A stretch of DNA of 64,000 nt from contig JABCTZ010000033.1 in the NCBI GenBank assembly GCA_018238155.1, positions 1 through 64,000 on the forward strand. Reading direction: 5' to 3'. A model generated the notes under the pieces. The model did not search any database, had not been told where the DNA came from, and saw only the letters and a program-made list of their open reading frames with translations. The position numbers and the translations under genes were made by a program. This DNA comes from Candidatus Heimdallarchaeota archaeon. GTDB lineage: Archaea; Asgardarchaeota; Heimdallarchaeia; JABLTI01. This document shows positions 32,655 to 43,600 of the stretch, one piece after another. Every line of letters begins with the position of its first letter. Position 1 is the first letter of the stretch.

Positions 32655-33188
32655 TCACTCTCCAAGCATTTGTAAGAACCATGTAATTGATTCTACAACT
32701 CCTTCACCAGTTTTTGCTGATGTATCAAAAACAGCCCATGTGTGAGAAATTTCATCCTCTAATAATCCAAAATCACGTGTAAACTGTATTCGCTCCATGT
32801 GATCAGGTAAATCTGTTTTATTTAACAATATTAAAACAGGAATTTCATTATCAATTTGGCTCCTTAAGATGTCAAGAAAGATTCTTTTTGTTTCTTCAAA
32901 TCTAAGGTAATCTGTACTATCAACAACATAGATAAGAGCATTAGATTTCTCGTTTATATCAGACCAAATAGGACGGAAATCTTCTTGCCCACCCATATCA
33001 AAAATATGCAAGTCCAGTTTAGGAAAACTAATCGATTTCCTATTGATTCCCATTGTGGGTGTTGTTTCTCTGAATTCTCCATGTACCAAATAATTAACAA
33101 AAGTTGTTTTACCTGCTTTGTCAAGCCCACAAATTGTTAAATTTACCGGTTTCGATTTCTTTTGAAATAGCTTAAGTATAAAAGACAT
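32655..33188 (-). CDS. Arf-like small GTPase
   Basis: N-terminal amphipathic MSFILKLF; GLDKAGKTT, PTMG, DMGGQEDFRPIW, LLNKTD, TSAKTGEGV. Confidence 0.9.
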   Translation of the reverse strand: MSFILKLFQKKSKPVNLTICGLDKAGKTTFVNYLVHGEFRETTPTMGINRKSISFPKLDLHIFDMGGQEDFRPIWSDINEKSNALIYVVDSTDYLRFEETKRIFLDILRSQIDNEIPVLILLNKTDLPDHMERIQFTRDFGLLEDEISHTWAVFDTSAKTGEGVVESITWFLQMLGE

Positions 33189-33208
33189 GATAAATTACCA
33201 CAGTAAAT

Positions 33209-33709
33209 CTATTTCCATAATTCATCTTTTAATGAATCAACAAATTTCTCGCCTCTTTTTTTCTGTTTCTTATCTTTATCTTGAAAATCAAATTCCAAAG
33301 TTACTACTGAACTTATTTTGATCTTAATTTTGCCTTTTACTAAGCCTTCATACATACTTGGTAAAATCTTTGAAAAAGTTTCTGTGTTTCCAAGATTATT
33401 TTTCTTAATTTCAGCAACAGTGAATGAAAAGAATTTTCGCACACTATTACGATCATAAGTAGAATTTTCAAATATTGCTACTAATGAGGCAATATTTTTT
33501 CTATCTTTTCCTGGAATGGAAAAGATATAACTCTCAAATTGACAATCTTGTACAGTGCTAGAAGTGAAATCACCATCTTTTGCACTCATTGGCATACTTT
33601 TTATTACTAATTCATTTAGCAAAGAATCTGGCAAAGCATTAGGATAAACATTCACTAATTCCAAACCAGTTTTTCCCATTTGTGTCAAACAAACGCCTAT
33701 TGGTTTCAT
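33209..33709 (-). CDS. Hypothetical protein with uDENN/longin-like pattern
   Basis: IGVCLTQMGKTGLELVNVYP...LVIKSMP..., two further strands (YIFSI, SLVAIF), then helices. Resembles the 'G..l...YP....MP' pattern of uDENN modules. Confidence 0.5.
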   Translation of the reverse strand: MKPIGVCLTQMGKTGLELVNVYPNALPDSLLNELVIKSMPMSAKDGDFTSSTVQDCQFESYIFSIPGKDRKNIASLVAIFENSTYDRNSVRKFFSFTVAEIKKNNLGNTETFSKILPSMYEGLVKGKIKIKISSVVTLEFDFQDKDKKQKKRGEKFVDSLKDELWK

Positions 33710-34083
33710 TCATAATACACCCTAAGAATAGATAGTAATTTCTTCTTAATGTCAAATTCTTTTTTTGATTATAAACTAAACGGTTAACGCAAAAATGAGT
33801 AATCTAATTATATGTGTAACTAAATAACGATTCACATAAATTTAAGGATAACTTTAGATTATTATTAGCAATCTTATCTATTAAAAAATCTTTTTTGATT
33901 ACAAATTATACCTCTTTGTTGAACAAAGCTATAAAAAATGGCTTGTTTTGATTTTTCAATTATCAATTGCTCTAAAGAATACTATAGTTCTGCTTCTCTC
34001 GGTTTACACTAGAAAAAGCTAAATTGAATAACTAAACTATTCAAATGTTGAAGCAGCTAAAAAAAAATAAAAAAAATGAAAAA

Positions 34084-35370
34084 TTATGATGTTTTTATTA
34101 CATGAGCATCAAGGTCTTTCATAAGGAATGCCAATATAGTTGCAGTAGCAAAAAGGACAGTCATAATTATAAAATTGATGTAAATGAAATTTGCATTTAG
34201 AGCTTCTGTTAACATTATACAACCGAGCAAAACTATTCCGCTAACTTGTCCTATCCACATCATTAAACCATTCGATGTTTCCTCGGGTAGTGGATGAGTC
34301 ATTTCCGCAGCAAAAGTTAATCCAACGGGCAGTAGAGAAATAAGGAAGAAACCTGAGAAAAATGAAGTAATGTATCTTGAAACATCAATATTGATAAAGT
34401 AGAATAATGGTAGAAGAATTGTTCCAGCACCCATAGCAATTATAATGAATAGTCTTCTTTTGCGGAAGTGATCAGATAAAGCTGAAATAACTATAGCGCC
34501 TATTATACCTCCACCTACTATCAGACTACCAATAATTCCAGGTCGTGGATCATTAATCGGGTAACTAAATATTACATCAATAACAGCTGATATTGCGTTA
34601 AATGATCCGAAGCCTAACAGGAAGATGACAAATAGTAGACTGAAATCTCTTTTCTTAAACATTGATTTGGTCCCTTTAATTGCCAAAGTTTTACTTCTTT
34701 CACTGTATTCATTTGGAGGTGTAGGCGGTTTATCACGTACAAAAATCAAATATAAAATCATTGAAATAAATGCTACAATTCCAAAACTCCAAGTTACCCA
34801 ACTGATTGCTAAATCTGCACCAATTTTTTGCACTAATAATGGCGGAACTAGAAAAGCTATCAGCACACCAAGAAGCATAGACATTGTTCCCAAACCTGAA
34901 GCTAATGTTTTCTCTTTTTCTGGGAACCAAGCAGATGCAAGTTTTGTAAATGAATTCAAAACAAAAGGCTGACCTATTGCAGTTAAGATTTGGAAAATTA
35001 TAAGCAGAGTATAACTTTTGGTTATTATTGCGATTACTCTCAAAAATCCAAAAACACCTGTTAGAATAACACCAACACCAGTGCCCCATTTTAAACCAAA
35101 CTTATCAATTACCCAACAAGCGATAAAATTGACAGGGACATAAGCAATCATGAAGACTAATGCGAGAACTAAAATTGCTATCTCGGATACACCAAAAAAA
35201 GCAGCCGTTTCATCAACAATGACTCCATATGTAACCCAAATGATTTGGGTCATTGCTCCAGCAAACATAAACAAAATAAGTACTAACCAACGATACTTAT
35301 AACTTTTAAAATCTGATTCATTTGTTCTATTATCTATAATATCACTATCAATATTTTGAGCCAATAACAT
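34084..35370 (-). CDS. MFS transporter (FLVCR/SLC49-like)
   Basis: YKYRWLVLILF, WVIDKFG, GQPFVLN...WFPEKE, DKPPTPP, SDHFRKRR; about 12 TM. Confidence 0.85.
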   Translation of the reverse strand: MLLAQNIDSDIIDNRTNESDFKSYKYRWLVLILFMFAGAMTQIIWVTYGVIVDETAAFFGVSEIAILVLALVFMIAYVPVNFIACWVIDKFGLKWGTGVGVILTGVFGFLRVIAIITKSYTLLIIFQILTAIGQPFVLNSFTKLASAWFPEKEKTLASGLGTMSMLLGVLIAFLVPPLLVQKIGADLAISWVTWSFGIVAFISMILYLIFVRDKPPTPPNEYSERSKTLAIKGTKSMFKKRDFSLLFVIFLLGFGSFNAISAVIDVIFSYPINDPRPGIIGSLIVGGGIIGAIVISALSDHFRKRRLFIIIAMGAGTILLPLFYFINIDVSRYITSFFSGFFLISLLPVGLTFAAEMTHPLPEETSNGLMMWIGQVSGIVLLGCIMLTEALNANFIYINFIIMTVLFATATILAFLMKDLDAHVIKTS

Positions 35371-35579
35371 CTTGTCTCCTGTTTACCAACTATTTGTGAT
35401 TTTAAATTATGACTCTCGACAATTAAAAAAGATTGTTCAAAAAAACTGCTAAAATGAAGTAATATCTAAAGCAATTATTAAATTATTATCGTAAAAAATT
35501 ATTTTTGAGGTGAAGAGAAAAAACAATTAGAAAATGCCTTAAAAATAGACTTTTTAAATATTAGTATTAAAGAAGAGTC

Positions 35580-36920
35580 ATGAAAAAATTATACATTATT
35601 TTGATTGTTATAGGTTCAATAGTTGCTATTGCATTACCATCGATCTTCTTAGGTGTCTATTTCTATTCACAAAACAAATTAAACAATACTGAAGTCACCA
35701 TAGAAACTTTCGTTATAAATGATTTAACGGATGGTAGCCTTGCAGGGACAGTTAATTTCACTATTAGTGAACCAACACAGGTAGATGCTACTTTTACTAT
35801 AATTACACTTAACGTTAGCTATAACGAACAGCATTTAGGCGATGGAATAGTTTTAACTCCGTCCTTTTCAACAAAAGAAGCAAACCATTCAGCAGATTTC
35901 ACTCTAACAATAACGGATCAACCAGCTTTTGCAGATTTTATCGACGATTTCTCTAATATGACATTATTAACTGTCGATATCGATGTTGTGATTGAATTCA
36001 CTGATGCATTAGCAGCTTTAGGACAAAAAACAATTTCAAAGTCACTTGAAATGAACGGTCTTGGTGCCCTTGATTTCAGTTTACAATCTTTCGAGTTAAC
36101 AAATGTTGTAGAGGAAAGTCTCTTTCTTGAAGTAACTGCGGAAATCTATAACCCAAGTCCTGTTGAAGTTGAAATTTCTTCACTATATTCAGATATAAAA
36201 ACACTAAATTTGACTCACATTGGAAATATTACTAAAAATAACTTCCAAATAAAAACTGGAATCAATATTCTCCAATTTAACACTTGGTTAGATGGTCCTA
36301 AAAACGAGTTGTCAGATTTAATTAGCACATATATCAATTCACTTAACACTACTTTATGGCTTAATTACACAATTACAATTGATGAATTAGATAATTTAGA
36401 GATTAACAAAGATTACTTTATGGTTGAATTTGAAGGAGCACAAACAGATCTTATTTCGATTGAAGTTGAAATGATTTCTTTATCTCTCGGTATTTCTTTA
36501 CCTCTTGTTGTTAGTTATCAAGTAGATACTACCGTTACTATAACCAATCCGATGGATTTTGAAATAAACTTAACAGCTTTCTATGGCAATCTTACTTATA
36601 ATGATGCAGATGGTGCAAGCTTTTCGATTCCGATTCCACCTACAAACTGGAATTATGGACCTGATACTATGATACCAATAACTCCATTAGATTTTAATTG
36701 GACTTCTGCACCGATAGAACTCGACCCATTAGGATTCAAAGAAGAAACTGTTGTATATACAGGTAGTGATATCGAACAAGCCATACGTTTCAATGATGAA
36801 TATTTCCTTAAGAATCAATTATACGTAGATATCATCTTTGGACACCTCTATATCCAGATTGGAGACTTTGAAATCGATTTATTAATATCCATTTATGATA
36901 TTTATGTACCAAATAACTAG
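35580..36920 (+). CDS. N-terminally anchored protein with repeated LEA_2/WHy-like beta domains
   Basis: N-terminal TM; repeats ISEPTQVDATF, IYNPSPVEVEI, ITNPMDFEINL followed by Y/lG strands. Confidence 0.55.
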   Translation: MKKLYIILIVIGSIVAIALPSIFLGVYFYSQNKLNNTEVTIETFVINDLTDGSLAGTVNFTISEPTQVDATFTIITLNVSYNEQHLGDGIVLTPSFSTKEANHSADFTLTITDQPAFADFIDDFSNMTLLTVDIDVVIEFTDALAALGQKTISKSLEMNGLGALDFSLQSFELTNVVEESLFLEVTAEIYNPSPVEVEISSLYSDIKTLNLTHIGNITKNNFQIKTGINILQFNTWLDGPKNELSDLISTYINSLNTTLWLNYTITIDELDNLEINKDYFMVEFEGAQTDLISIEVEMISLSLGISLPLVVSYQVDTTVTITNPMDFEINLTAFYGNLTYNDADGASFSIPIPPTNWNYGPDTMIPITPLDFNWTSAPIELDPLGFKEETVVYTGSDIEQAIRFNDEYFLKNQLYVDIIFGHLYIQIGDFEIDLLISIYDIYVPNN

Positions 36921-37291
36921 TTCGGCTTGTATCTTTCAAGCCAACTTTCTTTATTTTCTGTCTCATTTTTTTTGGAAACAATTCTCTATTTTAAAATAGT
37001 AAAAGATATTATATAAACAGATATTATAAAAAAAAGGTATCTCTCAAATCATTCAGATTTAGTTCTCAGAGCTAAAGATGGTTTTTCATCACAAAAAGCT
37101 TTCAATGAAGAAGAGAATATTTTACTATTAGATTTCTTTAAATTACTAAGAACAGCTCGCATAAACCACTGTTAATGGTATTTCACTTAAGATAATTTTT
37201 TGATTTGAAGAAACTCAGAGAAATACTCAAAAATCAGCTAATTACAAGCAGAAGAGGAGTTTTTTCGCTAAAAATAGGCTTTAGAATTTAA

Positions 37292-39676
37292 CTATTCTTC
37301 TCTCAAACTAGCTGCTAACTCTTGGTTAGTATTAAATAACGTTCCAGGGATTGCTGCAATGAAAGTTGTTCCTAATGCAAATACGAAAGTAATCCAAACT
37401 GCAGTCCAACTAAACATATATGGCAATGTTTGTGCGTATTCTGATATTAGATGTAAAAAGGCTAGTGTAAGAGGAAATGCTAAAAGAATTCCACCAAGAA
37501 ATGCTATTGGAGTTAGCACTCCATTTTCAATTTCAGTTATTAGAAAAATTGAGAAGTTAGAAAAACCATAGGCACGCATCAGAGCGAATTCTCTTGTTCT
37601 CTCGAGAGATGAAATGAAAGTTGTGTTGAATATGGCTATAAAAGCAACAATGAAACCCAATATGACTGCAACAAAAGCAATTTCTTGTTCTACACCTATT
37701 ATTTCCATCATTAGCTTCAAGAAAAATTCATGCGTTGTTGCGAAGCTAATATTTGAGTCGTCATTATTTAATGATGCAACAACCTCTTCTTGAAATCCCT
37801 CTTCTACTATCATTCTTACAGCTGAGTAACGTATGAAAGGACCTAGTCTTGTCTTTAAATAATCTATTTGAACTATCACTGAAGTTGGAATCGACCAAGA
37901 ATTTACTACACCAATAATAGTGAATTCAAGTTTCTCCTGATAAAACCAAACGGTAATATTATCTCCTAGTGTTAATCCTAAATTATTCATTATTCGTGCA
38001 TTAATCATACATTCGCTCGATCCCTTTTCAGTAAATCCACTTCCTTCCTTAAAGGCGAAGGTTGTCATATTGCTATTCCAAGGTTGCCCTTCTAAGAACA
38101 TAAACACAGATTCATTACTTGTAGACATTGTTGCAAACCTAAAATAGGGTTCAACAGCTTCAACATGAGAAAGATTTCCATATGAATTTACAATTGCTTC
38201 TGAAACAGGTGAACAGAAATTTGCTTCTATGTCCCAGTTGATTGACTCATTAATACTTTTTGGAATTTGATTGTTGGCTATATCAACAGTAGCTACTAAA
38301 CCAGAACTTAAGGCTAAAGCACTCATCACTGAGATTATTGTCATCCAAGTACGTATTTTTTCTCTGCTCAAATTCCTGATACCAATTCGAGGTATCTGTG
38401 GCAAGTATTTTGTAAACAAGATATAATCCAATATTGATTTCTTAGTTACATCTGTAGTTGTCTTCCCTCGCAAAGCTTCGTAAGGGTTCATTTTTGCAAC
38501 GCCAATTGTAGGAATAACGGCAAATAGCAGTATTGAGCTCATAGCCAGAATACTAACCCAGAGAATCGTAAACCAATTAATGCTTAGAGCAATCACTGAA
38601 ACTCCCCAAGAGCTACCCAAATTCATTGTTATTAGAGCCAACACTCCATAAGATGCGCCTATACCTAATAGGCAACCAAATGCTCCTAATATCGCTGCCC
38701 GGAGGAGAAACATACGAATGATAGCTGAATGCGGAAAACCAAAGCTGTGAAAGACACCTATCAAACTCCTTTGTTCTGAAACAAAACGACTCATAATAAT
38801 ATACATTACAAACCCACAAATTATGATGGTTAGAATCGCACAAACACTAAGGTATCTCGAGATAAGCTCCGCAGTATCCATTAATACTGCTCGAACTGAC
38901 AAATCTCGAGGATAATTAACAAATGTAAGTGGAGCTCCGTTTAAAATACAGTGTGCACGAATTTTTTCACCAATTGCTATTGAGTCCTCGATAGCTGCTT
39001 CTTCATCTAAATATACTAACAGACTGTTGTAAAGACCTGCAGGCATTCCATGCAACTCTCTTGTAACAGTTTCTGTTGTCCAAATAACTGCTTTACTTAC
39101 CAGCTTGAAATTTAACCATTCTATTGAATGAACTAAGCCTACAATTTCAAACGTTTTTTTCCCGGTAAGACCTTTCACAGTGATATTATCACCAAGCTTC
39201 AAACCAACTTCTTTTGCAAAGCTTTTTAGAATCATTACCTCTTCAGCTTTGCCAAGTAATTCACCTTCATAAAGTACTATTTGATTTACTCGAGGTAAAG
39301 CTGAATTATTGATACCAATAAAAACTACCGGAAAAGTTTCCTCTAGGTCCATTGTCGCTCCTTTTGAAACGACTCTTCTCTCAACTAGAGCAGAATTATT
39401 TGTCTCATCTTTCACGATGGTTTCAATTTGTTGAAGAAGTGTTTCATTGAAGACCTTTGTTTGAAAGTCAATATGAGCAAGAGCTAAATTTTCAGATTCG
39501 TTATAAAGTGACAATTGAAGTGAATCTGAAGTACTCAAAAAAGCAATTGGAAAAGCAGTTACTAACATTACTGCAATAATAGTTGTCATGCTTCTTGTTT
39601 TCTTCTGAAAAATATCCCTTATTGCAGATTTAGCAATTAATGAGCTTCTCTTAACTCTATTTGAATCTTTAACCAT
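37292..39676 (-). CDS. ABC transporter permease, duplicated MacB/FtsX type
   Basis: Two halves, each with TM, large extracellular domain and 3 TM; EQRSLIGVFHSFGF and ERTREFALMRAYGF; ends LREE. Confidence 0.9.
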   Translation of the reverse strand: MVKDSNRVKRSSLIAKSAIRDIFQKKTRSMTTIIAVMLVTAFPIAFLSTSDSLQLSLYNESENLALAHIDFQTKVFNETLLQQIETIVKDETNNSALVERRVVSKGATMDLEETFPVVFIGINNSALPRVNQIVLYEGELLGKAEEVMILKSFAKEVGLKLGDNITVKGLTGKKTFEIVGLVHSIEWLNFKLVSKAVIWTTETVTRELHGMPAGLYNSLLVYLDEEAAIEDSIAIGEKIRAHCILNGAPLTFVNYPRDLSVRAVLMDTAELISRYLSVCAILTIIICGFVMYIIMSRFVSEQRSLIGVFHSFGFPHSAIIRMFLLRAAILGAFGCLLGIGASYGVLALITMNLGSSWGVSVIALSINWFTILWVSILAMSSILLFAVIPTIGVAKMNPYEALRGKTTTDVTKKSILDYILFTKYLPQIPRIGIRNLSREKIRTWMTIISVMSALALSSGLVATVDIANNQIPKSINESINWDIEANFCSPVSEAIVNSYGNLSHVEAVEPYFRFATMSTSNESVFMFLEGQPWNSNMTTFAFKEGSGFTEKGSSECMINARIMNNLGLTLGDNITVWFYQEKLEFTIIGVVNSWSIPTSVIVQIDYLKTRLGPFIRYSAVRMIVEEGFQEEVVASLNNDDSNISFATTHEFFLKLMMEIIGVEQEIAFVAVILGFIVAFIAIFNTTFISSLERTREFALMRAYGFSNFSIFLITEIENGVLTPIAFLGGILLAFPLTLAFLHLISEYAQTLPYMFSWTAVWITFVFALGTTFIAAIPGTLFNTNQELAASLREE

Positions 39677-39696
39677 TATGAAGCACCTAGGAAACT

Positions 39697-40401
39697 CTAT
39701 TTGAGATTGATTGTTTTTCTTTCGTCCTTGACGATTTTACCAGACTCGAGATGTAACACTCTATCAGCAAATTTAGTAATGCTCTGATCGTGAGTAACTA
39801 AAATAACTGTTTTCGATTTCTTTTTGCAAATTTCGCGAACAAGTTCAATGATTTTTATTCCTGTTTCTTGATCAAGTTGCCCTGTAGGCTCATCCAATAT
39901 AACTACTTCAGGATCTTTAGCTAAGGCTCTAGCAATTGCTACTCTCTGACGTTCTCCACCAGATAGCTGTGATGGAAAATTATTCATTCGATCTGTTAAA
40001 CCAACAATTTCCAATGCTTCCGTTGATTTCTTATTTAGCTCTTTACCTTTGATACCAACTAACTCCATCATTAATTGAACGTTCTCAATTGTAGTAAGTG
40101 TGGGTATTAGCGAATAAAATTGAAATACATAAGAGAGTTTTTCTTTGCGGAATTTAGTTAGTTGTGAGGGGGAGAAATCAGTTATAATCTCACCGTTTAA
40201 AGACACTTTTCCAGAAGTTGGATAATCAATACCTCCAAGAATATTTACTAGTGTAGTTTTTCCGCTTCCAGATGGACCCATAATAAACAATATTTCGCCT
40301 TCATTGATACTGAAACTGACTTCTCGTAAGGCATGCACAATAGTCGTTCCTAAATGATAGTCCTTTGTCAAACCTTCAGCTTGGATATAATAATCAGCCA
40401 T
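39697..40401 (-). CDS. ABC transporter ATP-binding protein (LolD/MacB-like)
   Basis: GPSGSGKTT, LSGGERQRVAIARAL, ILDEPTGQLD, VTHD. Confidence 0.95.
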   Translation of the reverse strand: MADYYIQAEGLTKDYHLGTTIVHALREVSFSINEGEILFIMGPSGSGKTTLVNILGGIDYPTSGKVSLNGEIITDFSPSQLTKFRKEKLSYVFQFYSLIPTLTTIENVQLMMELVGIKGKELNKKSTEALEIVGLTDRMNNFPSQLSGGERQRVAIARALAKDPEVVILDEPTGQLDQETGIKIIELVREICKKKSKTVILVTHDQSITKFADRVLHLESGKIVKDERKTINLK

Positions 40402-40612
40402 TCTGTTTCCTCACAAATTTCTCAGAAGTTTCCATTATTTTGAGTGTTTTTTTTAATAATAAGGATTTTCATTCTAATTTTCCATCAAATATTTGATGAT
40501 TATTCAGTTTATCCACAAATGAACTTGGATATTATTAAGCTGTAATTTAAAATTGAAAAAAATAAGGTGAGAAAGAAAAAAATAGAGAAAAAATAATTCA
40601 TGTCTAAATGAA

Positions 40613-43600
40613 CTATTTTTTGTTTCGTTTTTTAACCATTATCGTTGATCCAATTGTAGCTCCTAATAACGCAATAATGTATACTAGAATAGGTATATTT
40701 GTAATACTTGTAGGAGTTGTTGGAGTAGGAGTTGGTGTTTCTGTTAAGGGGGCAACTATTGTAAATGAAATTAAATCTGTAGCAATATTTCCACTAGTAT
40801 CTGTTGCAACTATTTTCAGGTAATATTTACCTGGAGAAAGAAATGCAATATCTCCAGTGTCTACAATAGCTGTTTCATTTAGAAATAGCTCAATAGTGAT
40901 TGCTGTATCTTCATCTGAATATTCGTAAGTATAATGAACAGTTTCTGATTCATTGTAGATTGCGTTGTTTTCTGGCGTTAAGAAAGAAATCTCAGGTGCA
41001 GTAGTATCTTCAACAGTGACAGTAACAGTTTGAGTATTACTTTGTCCCCAGAAGTCAAATACGATTATGGTATAAACATACACTCCAAGCGATAATCCTA
41101 CAAGAGAAATGCTTAGAGTTTCTTCCAAAGTACTCCAAGCGATATCTTCCAGTATTACTAAACCATCACATTTTATCGTGTAATTTTCTGGGTTATCATC
41201 TGAAATGATCCAAACCAATGTTTGAGAATCATCTCCAAACTCTAACACAATATTGCCATTCGCTGAAACAATTGGTGCAGCATAATCAGGGTCAATAGAA
41301 AACGTCACTACCGATATATCATCAACAGAATCAAGAGCTACACCTTCAAATGTACCAAAAACTGTAATACGAACACGATAGTTTGTTCCTTGTGATAATT
41401 CATGTGTATTCCAAAGATAGGTTGTTGTTTCTAATCCTGAAATAATTGTGTACCAAGTTTCACCATCAGTAGTATATTCAAGTAAAACTTCAAAAGTAAT
41501 TGATTCATCACTTTTTGATATATCCCATGAAATTGGGCAAAAATCGTCAATTTGTTCCCCACCATTTGGGTAAAGCAAATCTACACTAATTGAAGGACGA
41601 TTATCGATTGAGAAGATTCCTGAGGAGTCATCTACATCTACAGTCAAGGTATTAAGCGCAATGATATGTAATCGAACCATGGATGAATAGACAACAGTTG
41701 TTGTATCCCAATCGAAAGTCAAAATATCCTCTGAAATTGTATCATCAATTAGAACCCAAACAGGTTCGCCAATTGCAACTGAATAATAGAGCTCATAGCC
41801 AGCAATAAATTCATCTGGATCATCAATTACCCAGCTTATAGTTATTACTTCATCATAAGTAAATCCTGCCAGAGGATAGATCAATGATACATCAGGTATA
41901 TCTTCGTTATCAATTTCAAAAACGAAATTACATTCATCTGAAACTAGTGCACAATAACCATCATAGGCATAAACGATGAGTGATACTGCTTGTGAATCAG
42001 CAATTCCATTAATATCCCAAACATACGAATTATTCGTTAAGTCTTGAACTATGAGAACCCAACCACCGCCTTCGATTTGATAGCCTAGATTATATGTTAA
42101 GCTATCACCATCAGGATCGGAACCGGACCACTCGATGAGAATAGAATTTTCAAAAGTTCCTCCCAGATTTGGAGAGTCAAGTGTTACTTCCGGTGGACGA
42201 CAAACAACTGTGTATTCAAAATTTCCGGCATTAGAATTTTTGATTTCTATCCAATTACCGTTTGAATCTTCCACAGTGATGTGCCACTCAATTGTCGTAC
42301 CATGCTCATGACCGGGTAAATTTCCATACCAATTATCTGGATCACCCAATCGTTCCAATAGATTAACAGTATTCCAACCTGCACCTCCATCATCAGAATA
42401 AATAATCAAAGCGGTAGTAATATCAGCCTCATCAGCAATTTCAATTTCAACTAAAGGTGTATCATCTTCAGATGGTGCATATCCATCTCCGTCTGTATCA
42501 AGAGTGATTACTGGTTCACCTGCTTCGGGAGGTAGGTAATCTAGAGTATTGTATTCCCAAGGAGTAGAGCTCTTAGATTGTAATAATGGGTTTTCAGTAG
42601 GAGTATTTCTGAATATTGGCACTCCAAAACGCATGTCTGTTCCCATATCATAATGGAAATAATCACCACTATCATCATCATGTAGATAATAAGTTGTTTT
42701 TACGGAATCAGTTTGTGAATCATCATGTTTGAAACTGGATTCAATAGAAGCAGAAATAGTCGTTTTTCCTAGACCAAGTTTCACTGTAGTTTCATAGCTG
42801 ACACCAATTGAAAATTCATGACTCATACTGCTAGAGGAAATCTCTTCATGGGTACTCTCAATGTATCCTGCTCCACCTTGAAATTCACCATTTGTTATAT
42901 CCCAAGCAACCATTGAATCATACAAACCGGTATTGATGTTGGGATTCAATTGTTTCCAAGCTTCAGGTGCATATTGATGTGATACTAAAACATTTTCAGA
43001 ATAATCTATTCCAAAGTATATTATTGGATCAGAATATACAATCACTCCATCGGAATACAATGTTTCGGTACAATGAATTTCCCATAAAAATACTTCTCTT
43101 TCACCCCAATACATATCACCATATCCTGGACCGACGAGTTCTTTTTCGTCATTATTGATTGAGGATGACATTTCCAAAGTATCGATATCGGTATTGGACC
43201 ATTCATATTCAAAACCGTATCCAAAATCTAATCCGAATTTAGCTTCTGCACCAATATTGAAAAAAGAAGCATCCAATTCTGCTTCAAATCCTAAGGCAAC
43301 ATCTACACTAAAGGAATTTGTTCGTGTTACCTCTGTTTGCTCAGTAAATGTGCTATGACTGTCGTCACCGGGAGGATCATAAATAATGAGATAAAGATTA
43401 CTCCCTAAATCCATTTGGCCTTCATCCAGCTTTGAGCTCAGAGAACTAATTTGTTTTGAAAAGTTAAAAGTTCTAGTTGACTCTGAAACTTTGGTGCTTC
43501 CAACATATCCTCTTAGATCTGCTCGAACCATACCATGAAGCTCATCCATTGATGCTCCTAAATCAGCAGTTTTAGAAACAGAAGAACCCATAGTTGTAAA

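Noticed and set aside
36921-37291. Possible small gene or ncRNA in the 370-bp gap
   Set aside because: Only a short start-less frame (…LVLRAKDGFSSQKAFNEEENILLLDFFKLLR…) and no convincing structure; cannot be supported.
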